Source of the DNA: Bacteroidaceae bacterium
GTDB taxonomy: Bacteria; Bacteroidota; Bacteroidia; Bacteroidales; Barnesiellaceae_A
NCBI GenBank assembly: GCA_017410245.1
Contig: JAFQRE010000044.1
Location: forward strand, 40,014 to 104,013
DNA: 64,000 nt
Direction of reading: 5' to 3'
Position numbers and translations under genes: made by a program. Of this stretch, positions 59,763 through 64,000 are shown piece after piece. The number at the start of each line of letters is the position of its first letter. The first letter of the stretch is position 1. Below the pieces are notes generated by a model. It saw only the letters and a program-made list of their open reading frames with translations. It was not told where the DNA came from and did not search any database.

Positions 59763-60368
59763 ATGCTGGAATACAATTCACAACAGAAACAATTAGTACT
59801 ACCCGAGTATGGTCGTAATGTGCAACAGATGGTAGATCATTGCCTTACCATCGAAGACCGCGAGGAACGCACTCGCTGTGCTCACACGATAGTAAATATT
59901 ATAGGCAATTTAGTACCCCACTTGCGCGACATCGACGATTTTAAACACAAATTGTGGGACCACCTTGCTATCATGTCCGACTTTAAACTCGACATCGACT
60001 ACCCCTGCGAGATAGTGCGCAAAGAGAGCCTTGATACCAAGCCCGAGCGCATACCATACAGCACATCGTCTATACGCTACCGCCACTACGGTAAGTTTAC
60101 CGAGGAAATGCTCAGCAAGGCTCAAAGCATGCCCGATGGAGAAGAGCGCGATGCACTGGTAGACATGATTGCCAACTACATGAAACGCTCGTATCTGACA
60201 TGGAACAAAGACAATGTAGATGACGAAAAGATATGGCAAGACGTGCGCGACTACACCCACGGTTCTATTCACATCAACACTCCTCTTGTACGTGCCAAAG
60301 ATATAAGAGAAGGCTTGGGCAACCAACCCCAGCAGAAACAAAATAACAAGAAAAAGAAAAAGAAATAA
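59763..60368 (+). CDS. DUF4290 domain-containing protein
   Basis: LVLPEYGRNVQQMVDHCLTIEDREERT is a typical DUF4290 N-terminus. Lys-rich tail. Confidence 0.65.
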   Translation: MLEYNSQQKQLVLPEYGRNVQQMVDHCLTIEDREERTRCAHTIVNIIGNLVPHLRDIDDFKHKLWDHLAIMSDFKLDIDYPCEIVRKESLDTKPERIPYSTSSIRYRHYGKFTEEMLSKAQSMPDGEERDALVDMIANYMKRSYLTWNKDNVDDEKIWQDVRDYTHGSIHINTPLVRAKDIREGLGNQPQQKQNNKKKKKK

Positions 60369-60408
60369 ATAAGCGTATCGCACACATACACAACAACCCA
60401 CTTGTACC

Positions 60409-61713
60409 ATGGCATCATTTATTGTAGAAGGCGGACATCGCCTATATGGCGACCTCACCCCACAAGGAGCTAAAAATGAGGCATTACAGATTATCTGTGC
60501 CACATTACTTACCGCCGAGCCGGTAACTATACATAATATTCCCGATATACGCGACATAAACAATCTCATACAATTGTTGCGCGATATGGGTGTAGAGGTA
60601 ACACGCAATACTCTTGACACTTATACATTCTGTGCAGCCAATCTCAATATAGATTATCTGCAAAGCGATGAATTTATTGCCAAATGTACAGCCCTGCGTG
60701 GCTCGGTAATGATGCTGGGACCGCTTGTGGCACGCTACGGATACGCCCGTATGCCCAAACCCGGTGGCGATAAGATAGGTCGCCGACGCCTCGACACACA
60801 CTTTATAGGCATACAGAAATTGGGTGCTACCCTTGCCATTGATATCGAAAAATCGGTGTATGAGATACGTGCCGAACATCTAAAAGGTACTTATATGCTC
60901 CTCGACGAAGCTTCAGTTACCGGCACAGCCAATATCCTCATGGCCGCTGTAATGGCCGAAGGTTGCACTACCATCTATAACGCAGCTTGTGAGCCTTACT
61001 TGCAACAGCTATCACGTATGCTCAACAGCATGGGTGCGCATATCGAGGGTATAGGATCGAACTTGCTCACCATACAAGGCGTAGGCAGCCTGCATGGTTG
61101 CACCCACACCATACTGCCCGACATGATAGAGGTAGGCTCTTTTATAGGTCTTGCCGCCATGACCGGCTCGGACATTACCATCAAAAATGCATCGGTAGAA
61201 AACTTGGGTATCATACCCGACAGTTTCCGCCGATTGGGCATCACCATAGAACAAGAAGGCGATGACTTGCACATACCCGAGCACGACATATATGAGATAG
61301 ATACCTTCCTCGATGGCTCTATCATGACATTTGCCGATGCTCCTTGGCCGGGTCTTACCCCCGACTTGCTCAGTGTCTTTCTTATCGTAGCAACGCAAGC
61401 CAAAGGCAGTGTTCTCATTCACCAAAAGATGTTTGAGAGCCGTCTGTTCTTTGTCGATAAGCTCATAGACATGGGAGCACAAATCATACTTTGCGACCCA
61501 CACCGCGCCGTTGTCATCGGACAAGAACGCCGTCACCCATTGCGCGCCTGCGACATGGTGTCACCCGATATTCGTGCAGGAGTAGCCATGCTCATAGCTG
61601 CCATGAGCGCCGAGGGAACAAGCCGAATACACAATATAGAACAAATAGACCGAGGCTACCAAGAGATAGACCGCCGACTCAATGCCATCGGTGCTCGCAT
61701 CACTCGCCTATAA
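60409..61713 (+). CDS. murA: UDP-N-acetylglucosamine 1-carboxyvinyltransferase
   Basis: GAKNEALQIICATLL, KPGGDKIGRRRLDTH, 434 aa. Confidence 0.92.
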   Translation: MASFIVEGGHRLYGDLTPQGAKNEALQIICATLLTAEPVTIHNIPDIRDINNLIQLLRDMGVEVTRNTLDTYTFCAANLNIDYLQSDEFIAKCTALRGSVMMLGPLVARYGYARMPKPGGDKIGRRRLDTHFIGIQKLGATLAIDIEKSVYEIRAEHLKGTYMLLDEASVTGTANILMAAVMAEGCTTIYNAACEPYLQQLSRMLNSMGAHIEGIGSNLLTIQGVGSLHGCTHTILPDMIEVGSFIGLAAMTGSDITIKNASVENLGIIPDSFRRLGITIEQEGDDLHIPEHDIYEIDTFLDGSIMTFADAPWPGLTPDLLSVFLIVATQAKGSVLIHQKMFESRLFFVDKLIDMGAQIILCDPHRAVVIGQERRHPLRACDMVSPDIRAGVAMLIAAMSAEGTSRIHNIEQIDRGYQEIDRRLNAIGARITRL

Positions 61714-61732
61714 TATATTATATGTATATATC

Positions 61733-62254
61733 ATGATACGCCGAGAAGAACTCATCAAGATAGGTCGCTTCAACAAGCCACATGGAATACATGGCGAAAT
61801 TTCGCTGACGTTTACCGATGATGTATTTGATCGTGGCACATCGCCATACATCGTATGTTGCATCGACAACATCTTTGTACCTTTCTTTATCGAAGAATAT
61901 CGTTTCAAAAGCGACTCTACAGCTCTTATCAAGCTTATAGATATAGACAACGACGATGCAGCCCGAGAGTTTACCAATCTCGATGTCTATTACCCCAAAA
62001 GCTACTATATAGAAGATGAAGAGGAGGCTACTCCCGACGACTACTTTATAGGATTCACCATCAACGATATCACTCACGGCAAGTTGGGCGAAGTAACCGC
62101 CATTGATGACAGCACTATCAATGCTCTCTTTGTGGTAACTACCCCCAACGAACAAGAGTTGCTTATTCCCATTCAAGAAGCATTTGTGTGCGCCATTGAT
62201 GAGGAAGAGCGCATTATACACATGGATTTACCCGAGGGCTTACTTGATATGTAG
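61733..62254 (+). CDS. rimM: 16S rRNA processing protein RimM
   Basis: IGRFNKPHGIHGEI N-terminus and a C-terminal PRC-barrel-like region. ATG 61733 is preferred over the listed 61682. Confidence 0.8.
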   Translation: MIRREELIKIGRFNKPHGIHGEISLTFTDDVFDRGTSPYIVCCIDNIFVPFFIEEYRFKSDSTALIKLIDIDNDDAAREFTNLDVYYPKSYYIEDEEEATPDDYFIGFTINDITHGKLGEVTAIDDSTINALFVVTTPNEQELLIPIQEAFVCAIDEEERIIHMDLPEGLLDM

Positions 62255-62271
62255 CAACCTGATAATAATCA

Positions 62272-62315
62272 AAAAGCAAGGCAACGTCTTTATAGTGAGT
62301 CGTTGCCTTGCTTTT
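62272..62315. terminator. Bidirectional hairpin terminator between rimM and uxaC
   Basis: Perfect 15-bp stem aaaagcaaggcaacg / cgttgccttgctttt. Confidence 0.8.
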
Positions 62316-62352
62316 ATTGTTACAAACTCTACAAGAGAGAGTTACTAAAGAC

Positions 62353-63759
62353 TTAGAACTTAAAGAAATTCTTGGCATTGTTGTAGCAAATATCCTCTAC
62401 CATCTGTCCCACGAAGTCGATTTCCGAAACGGGTATCTCACCATTCTCTATATCACGACCCAAGAGGTTGCATAGGGTACGACGGAAGTACTCATGGCGA
62501 GGATATGAGAGGAAACTGCGCGAGTCGGTAAGCATACCGACAAAGCGGCTGAGCAAGCCCAACAGCGAAAGGGCATTCATCTGCTTCTCCATACCATCTT
62601 TTTGATCGAGGAACCACCAACCCGAACCAAATTGGATTTTGCCGGGAATACTTCCATCTTGGAAGTTACCCAACATCGTAGCAATCACCTCATTGGCACA
62701 AGGATTGAGATTATAGAGAATAGTCTTGGTGAGCTTACCGGCCGAATTGAGACGGTCGAGATAACGAGCCATAGACTTGGCTGTAGTAAACTCGCCTATT
62801 GAGTCGAAGCCGGTATCAGGGCCCAATTTCTTGAACATGAGAGTATTGTTGTTGCGGATAGCTCCGTAGTGGAATTGTTGAGTCCAACCGGTTTCCCAAT
62901 CCATTTCGCCAAACTCTACCATCATGGCCGACTTGAACTTCAAGATTTCTTCCTGCGATAGCTCTTTGCCACCATACACTTTATCAAATATATGTCGTAT
63001 CTCGGCATCGGTATAGTCCTCGGCATAAAATTCCTCGATACCATGATCACTGAGACGACAACCCATCTCCTCAAAGAAACGGTGACGACAACGCAATGCA
63101 TCAATCATGTCATCGAAAGTGTTGATGTTAATATTGCTCACCTCGCCCAAACGCTCGACATATGCACGAAAATCAGCAGGTACTTCTACCGCCATAGCTT
63201 TATCGGGACGCCATGTTGGCAACATCTTTATTTCAAATCCGCTATCTCGTGTAGCCTTGTGATGTTCCAATGTATCGATAGGATCGTCGGTTGTACATAC
63301 GCACTCCACACCATAACGACGCATAAATCCACGCGCTGTGTATTCGGGTTGCGCCAACTTCTCGTTACACTCCTCATATATCTCACGAGCCGTAGAGGGT
63401 TTCAATATTTTATCGATACCAAAGGCTGTTTTCAGTTCGAGATGAGTCCAATGATAGAGAGGATTGCGCATTGTATAAGGCACAGTCTCGGCCCACTTCT
63501 CAAACTTTTCCCAATCGGTAGTATCGGTACCTGTACAGTAACGTTCATCAACACCATTTGAGCGCATGGCACGCCACTTGTAATGGTCGCCACCCAACCA
63601 TATCTCGGTAATAGAACGGAAACGATAATCGTCGGCTACCATTTTGGGTACAAGATGACAGTGATAGTCGATGATGGGCATATTCTTGGCGTGCTCATGA
63701 TATAACTTCTGTGCAGTCTCGGTTTGCAACAAGAAGTTTTCGTCCATAAAAGGTTTCAT
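62353..63759 (-). CDS. uxaC: Glucuronate isomerase
   Basis: MKPFMDENFLLQTETAQKLYH...IIDYHCHL, 468 aa. Confidence 0.92.
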   Translation of the reverse strand: MKPFMDENFLLQTETAQKLYHEHAKNMPIIDYHCHLVPKMVADDYRFRSITEIWLGGDHYKWRAMRSNGVDERYCTGTDTTDWEKFEKWAETVPYTMRNPLYHWTHLELKTAFGIDKILKPSTAREIYEECNEKLAQPEYTARGFMRRYGVECVCTTDDPIDTLEHHKATRDSGFEIKMLPTWRPDKAMAVEVPADFRAYVERLGEVSNININTFDDMIDALRCRHRFFEEMGCRLSDHGIEEFYAEDYTDAEIRHIFDKVYGGKELSQEEILKFKSAMMVEFGEMDWETGWTQQFHYGAIRNNNTLMFKKLGPDTGFDSIGEFTTAKSMARYLDRLNSAGKLTKTILYNLNPCANEVIATMLGNFQDGSIPGKIQFGSGWWFLDQKDGMEKQMNALSLLGLLSRFVGMLTDSRSFLSYPRHEYFRRTLCNLLGRDIENGEIPVSEIDFVGQMVEDICYNNAKNFFKF

Positions 63760-63781
63760 ATTATTTCTTTTTTTTGAGGTT

Positions 63782-64000
63782 TTACAATGTTACACCGGTC
63801 TTGAAAATTGCTATTTCGCGATAGCCTTTCTGCTCGTTATTGGTACATCTACCGCTTGCAACTTCAATAATATATGACAAGAATCGGTTACTTAGGCTCT
63901 CCATACTTTCGCCTTCGACAAGCGTGCCGGCATTGAAGTCTATCCAGCCGGGTTTGTTATTATATAATAGCGAATTGGTAGATACCTTAACTGTGGGTAC
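63782..64000 (-). CDS. uxaA: Altronate dehydratase (UxaA family), C-terminal 72 codons; 5' part is outside the window
   Basis: The minus-strand translation ends ...NKPGWIDFNAGTLVEGES...SGRCTNNEQKGYREIAIFKTGVTL*, a typical UxaA C-terminus, upstream of uxaC. Confidence 0.7.
   Translation of the reverse strand, partial: VPTVKVSTNSLLYNNKPGWIDFNAGTLVEGESMESLSNRFLSYIIEVASGRCTNNEQKGYREIAIFKTGVTL

Overview
This 64-kb window looks like ordinary chromosome from a Bacteroidota (Bacteroidales-like) genome. The evidence is TAnnTTTG -7 promoter boxes in front of most transcription units, A-rich leaders without Shine-Dalgarno sequences, a T9SS C-terminal sorting domain, a PPi-dependent phosphofructokinase, and the conserved dnaN-exonuclease-coaBC-DUF4835-recN block. 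All calls come from reading the translated ORFs and sequence motifs; no database search was run. Gene content from left to right: a partial OM beta-barrel gene; an SBP-like gene and rseC-rnfBCDGEA; a four-subunit 2-oxoacid:ferredoxin oxidoreductase; a large T9SS surface-protein gene broken by one in-frame TAA; nhaD; a NifU-like/GGGtGRT pair; pfp; an MBL hydrolase; rsmG; rmuC; a patatin/OM-barrel protein; three tandem tRNA-Arg(ACG); an 869-aa AAA+ protein and an 8-repeat Sel1 protein; a C_GCAxxG protein; ung; tRNA-Arg(CCG); an HdeD-like protein; an extreme low-complexity secreted protein and a FadL-like OM barrel; a Pif1-TPR helicase; sod; recJ; rlmB; recN; DUF4835; coaBC; an exonuclease; dnaN; a lipoprotein; tRNA-Leu x2 and tRNA-Gly x2; folE; a SPOR protein; tpiA; DoxX; DUF1599; DUF4834; pssA; groES/EL; nadD; gmk; yicC; tsaB; DUF4290; murA; rimM; uxaC; partial uxaA. 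I saw no CRISPR array, transposase, integrase, or recognisable restriction or defence gene. The best candidates for something undescribed are: (1) the 31.77-34.84 kb pair, a signal-peptide protein with GWYDPYY repeats, a His7 run and a Ser/Arg/Asn tail, followed by an OM barrel, with a rare canonical AGGAGG SD; (2) the AAA+/Sel1 pair at 25.8-29.4 kb, next to the tRNA-Arg array; (3) the NifU-like/GGGtGRT pair of unknown function; (4) the single in-frame stop in the T9SS cargo gene. Most of the rest is housekeeping.
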